Positions 26,473 through 36,189 of a stretch of 64,000 nucleotides of DNA are shown here, one piece after another; the first letter of the stretch is position 1; every line of letters begins with the position of its first letter. The position numbers were made by a program, and so were the translations under genes. This stretch comes from a virus. Taxonomy: Duplodnaviria; Caudoviricetes. The stretch is from positions 546-64,545 of IMG/VR virus record IMGVR_UViG_3300007852_000001; one strand, 5' to 3'. The notes beneath the pieces were generated by a model, which was not told where the DNA came from, did not search any database, and saw only the letters and a list, made by a program, of their open reading frames with translations.

Positions 26473-26886
26473 ATGACACTCGCAGACTACATCCCCTTTA
26501 TCGGGACCGACAAAGACGAACCGACCACTGAAACGCTTGCCGAACTGTTCCGCCAGCGCGAGGCTACACTTGACCTGACGGCAGCCTTTCACCAGCCTGA
26601 GGGTAACACCCTCAACGAGCCGACGGCCGTGTTCCCGTACACGCTCTACGACTCGGGCGGAGAGCCGTACGGCACTGGCACAAAGGAATTCATCATCCCC
26701 GAGGACGGCTTCACGGACAACGATGCGTTTGTGACGCTGTTCGTCGGCTACCTCACGGACACGGACACCGAAGACGTTGGTGTCGAGACGCTCGGCGCTG
26801 TCGAGGGCAGTGAATCCCCCGCTGAACTGACCGACGCTGGCGACATCATCGTTGGCGACGAGGCCGACATCGGGGGCGGTAACTGA
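26473..26886 (+). CDS. Hypothetical acidic protein
   Basis: Promoter upstream. Confidence 0.8.
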   Translation: MTLADYIPFIGTDKDEPTTETLAELFRQREATLDLTAAFHQPEGNTLNEPTAVFPYTLYDSGGEPYGTGTKEFIIPEDGFTDNDAFVTLFVGYLTDTDTEDVGVETLGAVEGSESPAELTDAGDIIVGDEADIGGGN

Positions 26887-27458
26887 TGGTCGACCCTGCA
26901 CTCGTCGGTCTCGGCATCGGTGCCGCCTCGCTGGCCGCCGCGGCCGCCTACTCCTTCTTCACGGGGGAGGAAACGTCCGCGAGCGTGGACATCGACGGCG
27001 ACGGTGAGTCGGACGTGAGCGCCACGTTCAACGGCGAAGACGAGGAAGAAGCACCGTCCGACATGACCTACGAAGAGGTCGAGGAAGACGCAGAGCCGAC
27101 CATCGAGTCGCTCGAAGGCTGTGAGACGCTCGAAGACATCAAGGGCGTCGGGCCGCAGCGGGCCGAAGACCTGACGGCGGCTGGACTCACCACGCCCGAG
27201 GACGTGTATTACGCGGCCGACTCCACGCTCCTCGACGTGACTGGCTTCGGCCCGCGGGCCGTGGACATGGTTCGTGGTGACATAGGCAGTGTCGAGGACG
27301 AGTCGTCGGGAAACTCCAACGGGTCGGAAGCATCGGACGGCTCCGACGAACCGTCTGGTGGGACGGACGAGAAGTCGTCGCCTTCCGACGAGGATGGGGA
27401 GTCGTCCGACGATGGCGAGCAGACCGCGGACGAGACGGGCGGTGGCGAAGAGAAGTAG
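26886..27458 (+). CDS. Membrane-anchored helix-hairpin-helix DNA-binding protein
   Basis: N-terminal TM (ALVGLGIGAASLAAAAAYSFF); two HhH motifs IKGVGPQRAE and VTGFGPRAV. Confidence 0.75.
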   Translation: MVDPALVGLGIGAASLAAAAAYSFFTGEETSASVDIDGDGESDVSATFNGEDEEEAPSDMTYEEVEEDAEPTIESLEGCETLEDIKGVGPQRAEDLTAAGLTTPEDVYYAADSTLLDVTGFGPRAVDMVRGDIGSVEDESSGNSNGSEASDGSDEPSGGTDEKSSPSDEDGESSDDGEQTADETGGGEEK

Positions 27459-27537
27459 TTGAAGAGCGAATAGAGAAGAAGCGGTTGTTGTAACTCCTTT
27501 TCAACACGTTTTTATACCCGTAGTGCCTACTACAGGT

Positions 27538-28116
27538 ATGGCACGAGAACTATCGGTCGCGCTCGACATTGAGGGAGTGTTAGCGGACACGCACGCCCGT
27601 ACCGAAGAGCGTAGTGACCTACTCGAACCAGAACACTGCCCGCCAGTCGACTGGGACTTCCCGACGGAGGAACACATGGACGAGTTTCTGCACGTTAGTC
27701 AGAACTTGTGGCACAATCACAACCACACCATTCCACCGATGGTTGACGACCTGCGGACACCGACACGGGCGCTGAGCCGCGCTCACAACGTCGACATCGT
27801 GACGCACCGCAGCAACGTCGACAACCAGTTACGGGAGTGGCTCGACGGCTACGGCGTCGACTACAACGACTTTATCGTCGCCAAGGGCAACAAGTCCGAC
27901 GCTGGTGACTACGACGTACACATCGATGACAGCCCGAGAGTGGCCGCTGATGCCGTTTCTTCGGACCGATACTGCATCCTTATCGACCGACCCTACAATC
28001 AGCATGTGAAGCCGCACACGCGCTTAGAGAGGGTGTCTGACGTGGCCGAAGCCTGTGAGTTTCTGGCCCGTGCAGACGTGTCGGCACTTGGGTCGTTGCG
28101 GGAACTACACGAGTAA
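27538..28116 (+). CDS. HAD-superfamily 5'(3')-deoxyribonucleotidase (NT5C-like)
   Basis: LDIEGVLAD, IVTHR, IDDSP, RPYNQ. Confidence 0.85.
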   Translation: MARELSVALDIEGVLADTHARTEERSDLLEPEHCPPVDWDFPTEEHMDEFLHVSQNLWHNHNHTIPPMVDDLRTPTRALSRAHNVDIVTHRSNVDNQLREWLDGYGVDYNDFIVAKGNKSDAGDYDVHIDDSPRVAADAVSSDRYCILIDRPYNQHVKPHTRLERVSDVAEACEFLARADVSALGSLRELHE

Positions 28117-28156
28117 AAACAGAAGGCTTTTATACCCGTAGCGCCTAACTAGTAGT

Positions 28157-31100
28157 ATGACAGGCCTCGGCGACTTCGTGGAAGAAGACGACGGTGGTGG
28201 GAGTAACAGCACCACCGAGGAACTGCATGTAATGCAGGTGGAGCATGGGGAACACTACGGTGACCCCGTGGTTCATCTCTGGTGTTGGACCGAAGACGGC
28301 AAGCGACGGTGGGTCGAGGTTACGGGCCACCGTCCCTCGTTTTACATCCGTGAAGAAGCCTACACGCAGCGGACGAAGAATCATCAGTGGGTCTCGGGCG
28401 CTGGCGCTGGTTTTCAGTCCATTCACGGCGACGACCTCGTGAAGATTGAGACGGAACTGCCGAAGCACGTCAACGGTAAGTATGACCAGAAGGGTCTCAG
28501 TGAATACTTTGACGAGACGTGGGAGGCCGACGTGTTCTACGAGTCTCGCTTCCTGATTGACACGGGCATCAAGACGCACTTCCGTGTTGACCGTGACGAC
28601 ACGTGGAGCAGTCAGTCCTACGATGGCGACTACCGCGTGGACGTGGGCGATATTGAGGCCGTTGAAGACCCCGACTGGCGGGCTGAACCCCGTACTATTA
28701 CGACGGACATCGAGGTTCTTTCACCCGATGGCTTCCCCGAGGCCGCTGACGCCGACCAGCCCGTCACGGCCATCACGGCCTACGACAACTACGACGAGCA
28801 GTACACGGTATGGGCACTGCGGCACGAAGACTGGGAGATGTCAGACCGTGAGGTGCGTAACGCCGTGATGCAGAATCGGCCGTCGACCATCGAACTGGAA
28901 GACGTGTCACTGCCCGTCAACATCAACGAGGTTCGCGTGTTCGACTCGAACAGCGAGTCCGACATGTTGGCTGACTACAACGACTACGTGGGTGAGCGAC
29001 AGCCAGACCTCCTTGGTGGGTGGAATTCGTCGGCCACGGACAACGGCGACGCGTTCGACTACCCGTACCTGTTGAACCGCTGTAAGGCGCTCAACGACAC
29101 GTCCTTTCGACAGTGGTCCCCTATTGGAGAATTGTGGACTTCGCGGCGTGGTCGGGAACAGAACTTGACAATTAGTGGCAAGGGCGTCGCGTTCTTCGAC
29201 ATGATGCAGTCCTACAAGAAGACGCAGTGGTCGGAGTCGACGGGCGGGTGGGGTCTTGACAACATCTCGAAGAGCGAACTGCCACTCGAAGCCGCCAAGT
29301 TGGAGATGGACGACCTTGACAACGCGTGGCGCGACGAGCCGACGCAGTTCCTCAAGTACAACATCCGTGACGTTCAGGCCGTCGTGGGCATCGACCAGTC
29401 GGCCGACGTGATGGACATGTTCCAGAATCTTCGGTCGCTGGCAGGTGCCCAGTTCGAAAACTGTCACAATAACATCGACCTTCTCGACGTGATGATTCTG
29501 CGGTACGCGAAGGAGATGGGCGTGGCGCTGCCGACGAACACGAAGCCCGACCGAGGATGGTACTACGGCGCACACGTGTTCGAGCCTGAACTTGGCCGCC
29601 ACGAAAACGTCGTCTACCCCGACCTGTGGTCGATGTACCCGAACATGATTCGAAACTGCAACATGTCGCCCGAAACCATCATCGGGACCAAGGAAGACTT
29701 AGAGGCCTCTGAGTACACCGAGGACGACTGCCGCTGGTCTTACATCGACACTCGGAACACGAATGTTAAAAATCCCGACGACATGACGGGCGCTGCGGAC
29801 CCTGTGTATGAGAAGGTATACTTCATCAAGCCGTCGATTCAGACGGGCTTCATGACAGAAGTGGTGGACGACCTGATGGGCATGAAGGACGCCTACGACG
29901 GTACGCCACTGTACGCCGCCATCAAGCGGGTCGTGAACAGCGTCTACGGCGTGTACGGCGACTCCGACTCCTACGGAAAGGGCTACCGCCTGTTCGACTG
30001 GCGTATCGCTGAGGGCATCTGTCTCGGCGGTCGCAAGATGATTCAGGACTCGTCTGAAAAGTACGTTGACGCGCTGAACGACATCAAGGACGAGCGTGGG
30101 TTCGAGGGCGACTACGCCTACCGCGTGGGCGGTGACACGGACTCAGTGATGACCTCTATCCCGTTCATGGATGTTGACACGTCCGAAGACGCGGCAACCA
30201 CGACCGTCGACTGTGTGAAGAAAGGCGAGATGGAGGTGCCCGCTCACTACGACGAGTACAAGGACATCGTGGACGTGGCGACGGAGGCCGCCAGCCGCGT
30301 GAACGACTGGTACACGGAGTGGACGGCCGAGACCTTCAACCTGACACCCGTCGGGTTCACACCCGACGATATAGGCAGCGACGAATACGACGCTGCCGAT
30401 GAGGTTCACCACTTCTGTGAGTTGGAGATTGAGTCGTACGGCCCGCGCTGTTTCATTCCCGAAGGCGTCACCAAGAAGAAGGCCAAGAAGCGGTACGCGG
30501 AGATTATCGCATGGGAAGAGGGCGAGTGGTTCGACCCGCCCGAATTCTCGGTCACGGGCATCGACATCGTACGCTCGGACCGTGCAAAGGCCACGCGTGA
30601 CATCCTTGAGCAGGTCCTACAGAGCATCCTGCGGGAAGACGACCCGATTGTGGCGCGCACGGAAGTGTACGACATCATCAATGACGTGGTGTACGACATC
30701 AAGGCCAAGGAACGCCCGCTGTCGTACATCGCCCGCCCCAAGGGCATGTCGAAAGACCCGTCGAAGTACGGCTCGCCGACCCACACGCCGCTGCCGACCT
30801 ACCGTGGAGCGAAGTACGCGACCGAACACTTCGACCACGAACGGCTGACGGCTGGCTCCAAGCCCGAACTACTGTACATCAAGGAGGGCAAGACTGGTGA
30901 CTACCCGTCGACCTACTCCCGTAGTCTCGACACGAAGGAGGCTGGCGCTCCAGTGGACGCAGTGGCCGTTCAGGAGCCTGACAAACTGCCGCAGGACTTC
31001 ACGGTGGACACATCGAAGATGATTGAAAAAGTCCTTGAGGACCCGCTCACGCCGATTCTGTCGCCGATGGGCTGGACGTTCGAGAACGCACTCGACTCGG

Positions 31101-31159
31101 ACACCTACCACGAGATGCACACGGACAAGGACCAGAACGCACTGTCAAACTTCATGTGA
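28157..31159 (+). CDS. polB: Family B DNA polymerase
   Basis: Exonuclease motifs DIE, FDYPYL, YNIRD; polymerase motifs DLWSMYP, KRVVNSVYG, GDTDS. Confidence 0.97.
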   Translation: MTGLGDFVEEDDGGGSNSTTEELHVMQVEHGEHYGDPVVHLWCWTEDGKRRWVEVTGHRPSFYIREEAYTQRTKNHQWVSGAGAGFQSIHGDDLVKIETELPKHVNGKYDQKGLSEYFDETWEADVFYESRFLIDTGIKTHFRVDRDDTWSSQSYDGDYRVDVGDIEAVEDPDWRAEPRTITTDIEVLSPDGFPEAADADQPVTAITAYDNYDEQYTVWALRHEDWEMSDREVRNAVMQNRPSTIELEDVSLPVNINEVRVFDSNSESDMLADYNDYVGERQPDLLGGWNSSATDNGDAFDYPYLLNRCKALNDTSFRQWSPIGELWTSRRGREQNLTISGKGVAFFDMMQSYKKTQWSESTGGWGLDNISKSELPLEAAKLEMDDLDNAWRDEPTQFLKYNIRDVQAVVGIDQSADVMDMFQNLRSLAGAQFENCHNNIDLLDVMILRYAKEMGVALPTNTKPDRGWYYGAHVFEPELGRHENVVYPDLWSMYPNMIRNCNMSPETIIGTKEDLEASEYTEDDCRWSYIDTRNTNVKNPDDMTGAADPVYEKVYFIKPSIQTGFMTEVVDDLMGMKDAYDGTPLYAAIKRVVNSVYGVYGDSDSYGKGYRLFDWRIAEGICLGGRKMIQDSSEKYVDALNDIKDERGFEGDYAYRVGGDTDSVMTSIPFMDVDTSEDAATTTVDCVKKGEMEVPAHYDEYKDIVDVATEAASRVNDWYTEWTAETFNLTPVGFTPDDIGSDEYDAADEVHHFCELEIESYGPRCFIPEGVTKKKAKKRYAEIIAWEEGEWFDPPEFSVTGIDIVRSDRAKATRDILEQVLQSILREDDPIVARTEVYDIINDVVYDIKAKERPLSYIARPKGMSKDPSKYGSPTHTPLPTYRGAKYATEHFDHERLTAGSKPELLYIKEGKTGDYPSTYSRSLDTKEAGAPVDAVAVQEPDKLPQDFTVDTSKMIEKVLEDPLTPILSPMGWTFENALDSDTYHEMHTDKDQNALSNFM

Positions 31160-31322
31160 CTGGCGTTCCGTAACCCTTTTATACTGGTAGTACCTAAGTA
31201 AAGACACACAATGACTGTCCCAAGCAGCGACGACGGCAGTATTCGGCGTGGTAATACGCCTCGTAGCCCATCCGAGATTTTTCGTGAGTTGACGCAAATT
31301 AACCTGCCTGACCCGTTCACTG

Positions 31323-32027
31323 GTGGTGCCAGTGCGTAAGACTGACATCGACCCCGATAGTCTCAACCGCCCTGACGGAAACAGCCTCCTCGACAACTAT
31401 GGCCTGCATGACGTGGGTGAAGCCTATTTCACGGAACTGATGGAATGCACGGGCCTGATTGTCGAAGAGTGGGGCATTGACGAGCGTCACAACAACGAGG
31501 GGCTGATATTCGACAACAAGATGGACCTGCGGCTGTGGGAAGGCATGGATGACCAGACGGAAGTGCCACCAGTCGAGGGCATCGAGGACGTGGTGACGAC
31601 GCAGTGGGAACTGGACGGCCACGTCGAAGGCAAAGAGTGGCAACTGCGTGGCGTGGCCGACGTAAAGACGAAGAGCAGTCCGTCGTGGTTCGGTCGCTTC
31701 AACGTCCGCCACCTCGCCCACTATGCCGAGTGGGCCGACCGCTATGACGTGCCCGTGTTCGTCTACATGACGATGGTGGACGGCGAAGAGGGCGTGGTCT
31801 GCGACGACGAGTTTATCGTCCCTATCACAACGGACTGGGACTTCCAGACCATTGCCGACAATTACGACAGCGATCACCAGACGGACCTGACCTATGGCGA
31901 GATTAAGGACATCTGTCGGGAGTGTGACATCGCTGACCGTGTGTTTCGAGCGCCCGACGGCAACCTCGTGTTTGACATCACCGACGACCAGAAGAAGACG
32001 GTGGAGGACCTGTTAGAGAGGTTATAG
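31323..32027 (+). CDS. PD-(D/E)XK nuclease-like protein
   Basis: GE...MDLRL...VADVKTK; start may be GTG at 31332. Confidence 0.55.
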   Translation: MVPVRKTDIDPDSLNRPDGNSLLDNYGLHDVGEAYFTELMECTGLIVEEWGIDERHNNEGLIFDNKMDLRLWEGMDDQTEVPPVEGIEDVVTTQWELDGHVEGKEWQLRGVADVKTKSSPSWFGRFNVRHLAHYAEWADRYDVPVFVYMTMVDGEEGVVCDDEFIVPITTDWDFQTIADNYDSDHQTDLTYGEIKDICRECDIADRVFRAPDGNLVFDITDDQKKTVEDLLERL

Positions 32028-32029
32028 CC

Positions 32030-32191
32030 ATGACAGACGTAACACCCCGCATCGAGGACAGTGACGGAAACAACTACATCGCCGACGTGGAAAGTACCAT
32101 AATGAGAGAAGATTCAGTGAATATGGAGGGCGGTACGGCAGTGCGGTCAAGGGAGTACATATTCAAAGTCGGTGAGTTGTTTGAGGCGTAG
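32030..32191 (+). CDS. Hypothetical microprotein
   Basis: Manual translation MTDVTPRIED... Confidence 0.5.
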   Translation: MTDVTPRIEDSDGNNYIADVESTIMREDSVNMEGGTAVRSREYIFKVGELFEA

Positions 32192-32235
32192 CGTAATCGA
32201 CGCTTTTTTATAGGTGCAGGCCCTAACTATTATAG

Positions 32236-32808
32236 ATGGGCAAAGGACGACGGTACGAGTTAAATACGAAGAACCGAATCAACGAGAGTACCGACAGTAG
32301 CGTCAAAGCACACCGTCCCGACTTTAGTGGCAACAGCAAGGGCGAGGTGGCCGACGTGATGGTCGTATGGCAGGACGACCGCTATGGCGACCAGTCGCCG
32401 TGTGGACATCCTGAGCGCCACGTCGCGTACCTCGAACTGAAGAATAAGGACGGCGTGTCGTCTGGCAGTCGCAAGGTGATGATGGACGGTTCGAGCAAGG
32501 GTCAAAGCGGTCGTGAGGAACTGGTCGAACTACTCGACGGCTCACCGCCGTGGAGTGACCAGTACGTCGTGTTCAACTTCCAGAACCGTGCACCGATTAC
32601 GCTTCAGGCACGGCGACTTCTGCACTTCCTTGACGGGGAGTGTGAGTACGCTGACGCCGAGCAACACGATATTCGGCTGACACGAGGCAACAACATCTCA
32701 GTTCGGAAGCCCGAACTTGAGTATTGGGACTCGGCCCGCGCGGCCGACCCAAACCACGTCGAGATACTGCGCGGCATCGGTCTCGACAACTACTACATCA
32801 ACGACTAA
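32236..32808 (+). CDS. hjc: Holliday junction resolvase, Hjc-like
   Basis: GRRYE, SG, ADVM, LELK motifs in Hjc order. Confidence 0.7.
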   Translation: MGKGRRYELNTKNRINESTDSSVKAHRPDFSGNSKGEVADVMVVWQDDRYGDQSPCGHPERHVAYLELKNKDGVSSGSRKVMMDGSSKGQSGREELVELLDGSPPWSDQYVVFNFQNRAPITLQARRLLHFLDGECEYADAEQHDIRLTRGNNISVRKPELEYWDSARAADPNHVEILRGIGLDNYYIND

Positions 32809-32810
32809 CC

Positions 32811-33191
32811 ATGTGTGAGTACATCAAAGACGATGGAGAGCAGTGCGGCTTTGACAATCACGACGGTGACTACTGCCACGTCCACGAGGATATGGTGGAG
32901 GACTCGTCCAACGACTCGTCCGACGCGGACACCGAGAGCGGTGACCGCGTAGAAGATGATGAATTCCATTCAGCGGCGTTCAGCGGCGCGCAGAGCGACT
33001 TTGTTGGACAACGAATGGATACGGTCTGCCAGCAGTGTAAAACGTCACTGCGCCGCCGTGAGCGCGTCTCACAGCATCCTAACAGACCACGACACCTCCT
33101 GTTCGAGGCCGTGGTCGAGTGCGACTGTTCAGAGCGCGTCCTCGGCGGCACGGCAGTGCGCAAGTCCGACTCACCCGACGGGTGGTACTGA
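32811..33191 (+). CDS. Cys/His-rich protein
   Basis: CEY..QC..YCHVH; CQQC; CDC. Confidence 0.7.
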   Translation: MCEYIKDDGEQCGFDNHDGDYCHVHEDMVEDSSNDSSDADTESGDRVEDDEFHSAAFSGAQSDFVGQRMDTVCQQCKTSLRRRERVSQHPNRPRHLLFEAVVECDCSERVLGGTAVRKSDSPDGWY

Positions 33192-33313
33192 ACGTAGCCG
33201 TCGCTCACCGTTTTTAAGTAACACTTTGCGAGGGTCTAATCGTAATTCTGGCCGAAAAAGAAGTCTCTTCTAAACTGTCGTCGGCTTTGCGAAGCCGACT
33301 ATTGAGACGCGAC

Positions 33314-33601
33314 TCACTGACTCGCGTCGAAGTCGTTACCCCAGTCGTAAGCGTGGCCAAAGCCGCCCACGAACTTGATGCGGTCCTCGCCATACCAGCC
33401 TTCATACTCTTCTTCGCGGTGCTGAAACCAGTCATCCCAGTCGTCCGTGTCGCTGGTCCCATCTCGCCGAGCCGAGGGTGAATGACTGCACTCCGTACAG
33501 AGCGTATCTCCGTCATAGAGGACAAACGTCCCCTCACTTCCACATACGTTGCATTCTCGCTCTCCTGCGTCGTCAACTGACGGGGCGTTGCTGATTTTCA
33601 T
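33314..33601 (-). CDS. TFB-type zinc-ribbon protein
   Basis: CNVCGS...YDGDTLCTECS. Confidence 0.65.
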   Translation of the reverse strand: MKISNAPSVDDAGERECNVCGSEGTFVLYDGDTLCTECSHSPSARRDGTSDTDDWDDWFQHREEEYEGWYGEDRIKFVGGFGHAYDWGNDFDASQ

Positions 33602-34620
33602 TCGAGGTTGTAAAAGTCTACGCCGTCAAAATTACTTGTCAGGCGCTCGAAGTCCTGCCAGAGCGACTCGAACCCATCGTCCCAATACTTAGTCGTGTGC
33701 ATGTCGGTCTGCCCTACGGCGTCTGCGTGCGTGTGAACGGCCATCTGCCCCGACCGCGGGTGTGTCCGATTCACTTCAAGTCGGTCCACGTGGTCGACGG
33801 GCACGTCGTCGGCCAGTTCGATGGCCTTGCCGTAGGCCGCGCCCTGCATCTGGTGCTTGTCATAACAGCCAGAACTGGACTTCAGGTCCGCCACGACGAT
33901 GTGGCCGTTCGGGTCCTCGTACACCATGTCGACCTGACCCGCGTACTTGAATTCCTCATTGAAGAGGAACTTCTCAACGGCGATAATCGAATCTTGGTCG
34001 ATGCCGAGTTTCGACCAGAGTCTCTCTTGGGCGTCGTGGAAGAATTCCACGTCACGTTTTGCCTGCTTGACCAGTTCCTTGCTGTAGTAGTCGTGCGACT
34101 CGTGTGGGCTGTGTCGGTCGTAGAACTCCCCCCACGTCTCGACGGCGTGCTGGCTCTTTAGGACCGAGTAGAGGACTTCACGGGGCGAGGAACTGTGAAC
34201 CTCACTGTGGTTTTCGCCGTCGACAGTGAAGGCCATTCCAAATTCGTCGGAGTGTACCATGTAGTCGTCGTCGCTGACAAGCGTATCAACGTTGGCGAGC
34301 GCCCACGTCGACTCCGCCTCGTCCTCGGTCCATTCCAGCCCACCGTCTAACTCCGCGAGCGCGTGCCAGTGGCCGAGCGTCCCGACGTTACGGGAGTACC
34401 AAAAGAGATGCTTGTGGAATGCGTTGTCTCCCTCACCGTCGTTGCGGTCCTGCCACGCGTAGAGATTACTCTTGTCGTCATCGCGTGTGTCTAACACCGT
34501 CGTAACCGACGGCATGTGAATGTCCTGTCCATTGTCCTGCGCTTTCGTGTACACGCGAATGTCCTGCCCCTCCTCGTCAAAAGGATTCGGGTAGGTGTCG
34601 CGTGAAAGGTCTTCATCCAT
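33598..34620 (-). CDS. PD-(D/E)XK (RecB-like) exonuclease
   Basis: PSVTTVL, GTLGH, VE...YAGQVD...ADLKS, QGAAY. Confidence 0.85.
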   Translation of the reverse strand: MDEDLSRDTYPNPFDEEGQDIRVYTKAQDNGQDIHMPSVTTVLDTRDDDKSNLYAWQDRNDGEGDNAFHKHLFWYSRNVGTLGHWHALAELDGGLEWTEDEAESTWALANVDTLVSDDDYMVHSDEFGMAFTVDGENHSEVHSSSPREVLYSVLKSQHAVETWGEFYDRHSPHESHDYYSKELVKQAKRDVEFFHDAQERLWSKLGIDQDSIIAVEKFLFNEEFKYAGQVDMVYEDPNGHIVVADLKSSSGCYDKHQMQGAAYGKAIELADDVPVDHVDRLEVNRTHPRSGQMAVHTHADAVGQTDMHTTKYWDDGFESLWQDFERLTSNFDGVDFYNLE

Positions 34621-34670
34621 GCGCGTGTTATATACTACGTACTATACGTATTTAAATCCGTCGAAAAAAG

Positions 34671-34859
34671 TTAATTTTCTGACTGCTCATATGCGCCTTT
34701 CCACTTGGCCTTGGCATACGACTGCCCGAGGGCGATGGTCGTAATAGCCGTCACCACCTCAATCGGGATAGCCTCAGTCCGCAGGGCGATAAGGGCCAAG
34801 GCCCCAATGCCCGCAAGGTCAGTAGAATAGTCCAGTAGTCGGTCTAACCGTCTCCCCAT
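34671..34859 (-). CDS. Small membrane protein, holin-like
   Basis: Two hydrophobic segments; end of the late operon. Confidence 0.45.
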   Translation of the reverse strand: MGRRLDRLLDYSTDLAGIGALALIALRTEAIPIEVVTAITTIALGQSYAKAKWKGAYEQSEN

Positions 34860-34882
34860 TATAGTTTAGTGGTTGTACGTAC

Positions 34883-35431
34883 TTAACTGTTACGTTCGTA
34901 GTCGATGCCAGCCGTGTGCAGCACGTCACGCACTCGACCGTCGGGGTCGCCATGGATACCTGTCGAGAGGTCGAGATGTTCATTCGGGCGTCGCACGGAC
35001 GGCTCCTTGTGGCTGTACACGTCTGTCGTTGTCGTGTCTTCGGACGCGACTATTGAGTCGCCCTCTTGTGACGGTGACGAAGTGCTGTCCTCGTTTTCCC
35101 ACAGGAACACGTCCTGCTGCCACTCGGTATCCTCCGCATCCAGCACCCATGCTGAATGCACGTACTGCGGTGGGTCGCCGCGAGTCTTCACCGTTGACAT
35201 GAGGTTGCGTTGGTAGCCGTTGGCGTAGAGAGCGCGGGCGACACGCTGTGGCGGAGCGTCGGCCGTGGTCACGTAGTCCGCACGCCCCTTGTCTCGGACG
35301 AACGTGTGCTTATGCCCTACAACGCTCTGTGCGCGTCGCCACGCCGTTTGACGCAGTGTTTCGACCCAACCATCATCTGGACCGAAAAACGGCTCTATGC
35401 GCCGTACAGCAGATGTAAGATTACTAATCAT
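34883..35431 (-). CDS. Hypothetical late protein
   Basis: ORF after the tail fibre gene. Confidence 0.7.
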   Translation of the reverse strand: MISNLTSAVRRIEPFFGPDDGWVETLRQTAWRRAQSVVGHKHTFVRDKGRADYVTTADAPPQRVARALYANGYQRNLMSTVKTRGDPPQYVHSAWVLDAEDTEWQQDVFLWENEDSTSSPSQEGDSIVASEDTTTTDVYSHKEPSVRRPNEHLDLSTGIHGDPDGRVRDVLHTAGIDYERNS

Positions 35432-35432
35432 G

Positions 35433-36143
35433 TTACACTGTTATTCCCATAACATGCCACGTTACTTCGTGGGAGTAATTATTATTTGCACTTTGAACGC
35501 CAATATCCATTCCTACAATATCCCCGTTTGTATCTGTATTCCACGACTCCCAACCTGCGGACGGGTCTTTAGATGTCGCACCTGCGTTTGTTATTCCAAC
35601 ACTGGGAGATGTTGCGTCAAACTCGTACGTATTAGCAAAAGTTACAGTTCTTGTTTCAGACCCTCCTGTTGCAAAAGTAAACGTCCCATCTTCAGAATTA
35701 AAAGAACTTACACTTATTCCAACACTTCCCCAAGTAGCTGTAGTTCCGTCTGTAATTAAAGCTTCGCCGCTGATACCATCTGAAGGAGCCAAGCCATCGT
35801 ATCGGTCAGAATCATTAACTGTTCCATCTCCGTCAGAGTCAATATCGTTATTTTTATATAAGTTTGCTGTGTCAGCTTCGTCAACGGCTCCGTCTCCATC
35901 ACTATCTATATCGTTACCCTTATACAGGTTTGTCGTATCGGCCTCGTCAACGACACCATCTGCATCGCTGTCAATGTCGTTAAGGGCGCTCTGAACGTCT
36001 TCTTCGAGACCGTTAATACCATTCCACAGCGCGTCGAGATGCTTCTCGTTTACTTGGTCCCCACCATTGTAGAAGAATCCAGTGACAGGAAACTCACCAG
36101 TTTCTCCCCACGCAGGAAACCGTTCATCAATTGACCAAGCCAT
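35433..36143 (-). CDS. Tail fibre / adhesin-like protein
   Basis: Follows the baseplate genes; DIDSDGDG repeats; AT-rich 3' half. Confidence 0.6.
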   Translation of the reverse strand: MAWSIDERFPAWGETGEFPVTGFFYNGGDQVNEKHLDALWNGINGLEEDVQSALNDIDSDADGVVDEADTTNLYKGNDIDSDGDGAVDEADTANLYKNNDIDSDGDGTVNDSDRYDGLAPSDGISGEALITDGTTATWGSVGISVSSFNSEDGTFTFATGGSETRTVTFANTYEFDATSPSVGITNAGATSKDPSAGWESWNTDTNGDIVGMDIGVQSANNNYSHEVTWHVMGITV

Positions 36144-36189
36144 GTCTATTTACACCGTACTGACGGGTAACGTTTATCGTAATTATACA

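Noticed and set aside
28157-31159. Intein in PolB
   Set aside because: No intein terminal or LAGLIDADG motifs; extra length comes from short acidic insertions
31211-31339. Programmed frameshift joining a 42-aa ORF to the downstream nuclease
   Set aside because: No clear slippery site; an overlapping GTG start explains it more simply
33598-34620. Cas4
   Set aside because: PD-(D/E)XK core is present but the four-Cys Fe-S motif is absent
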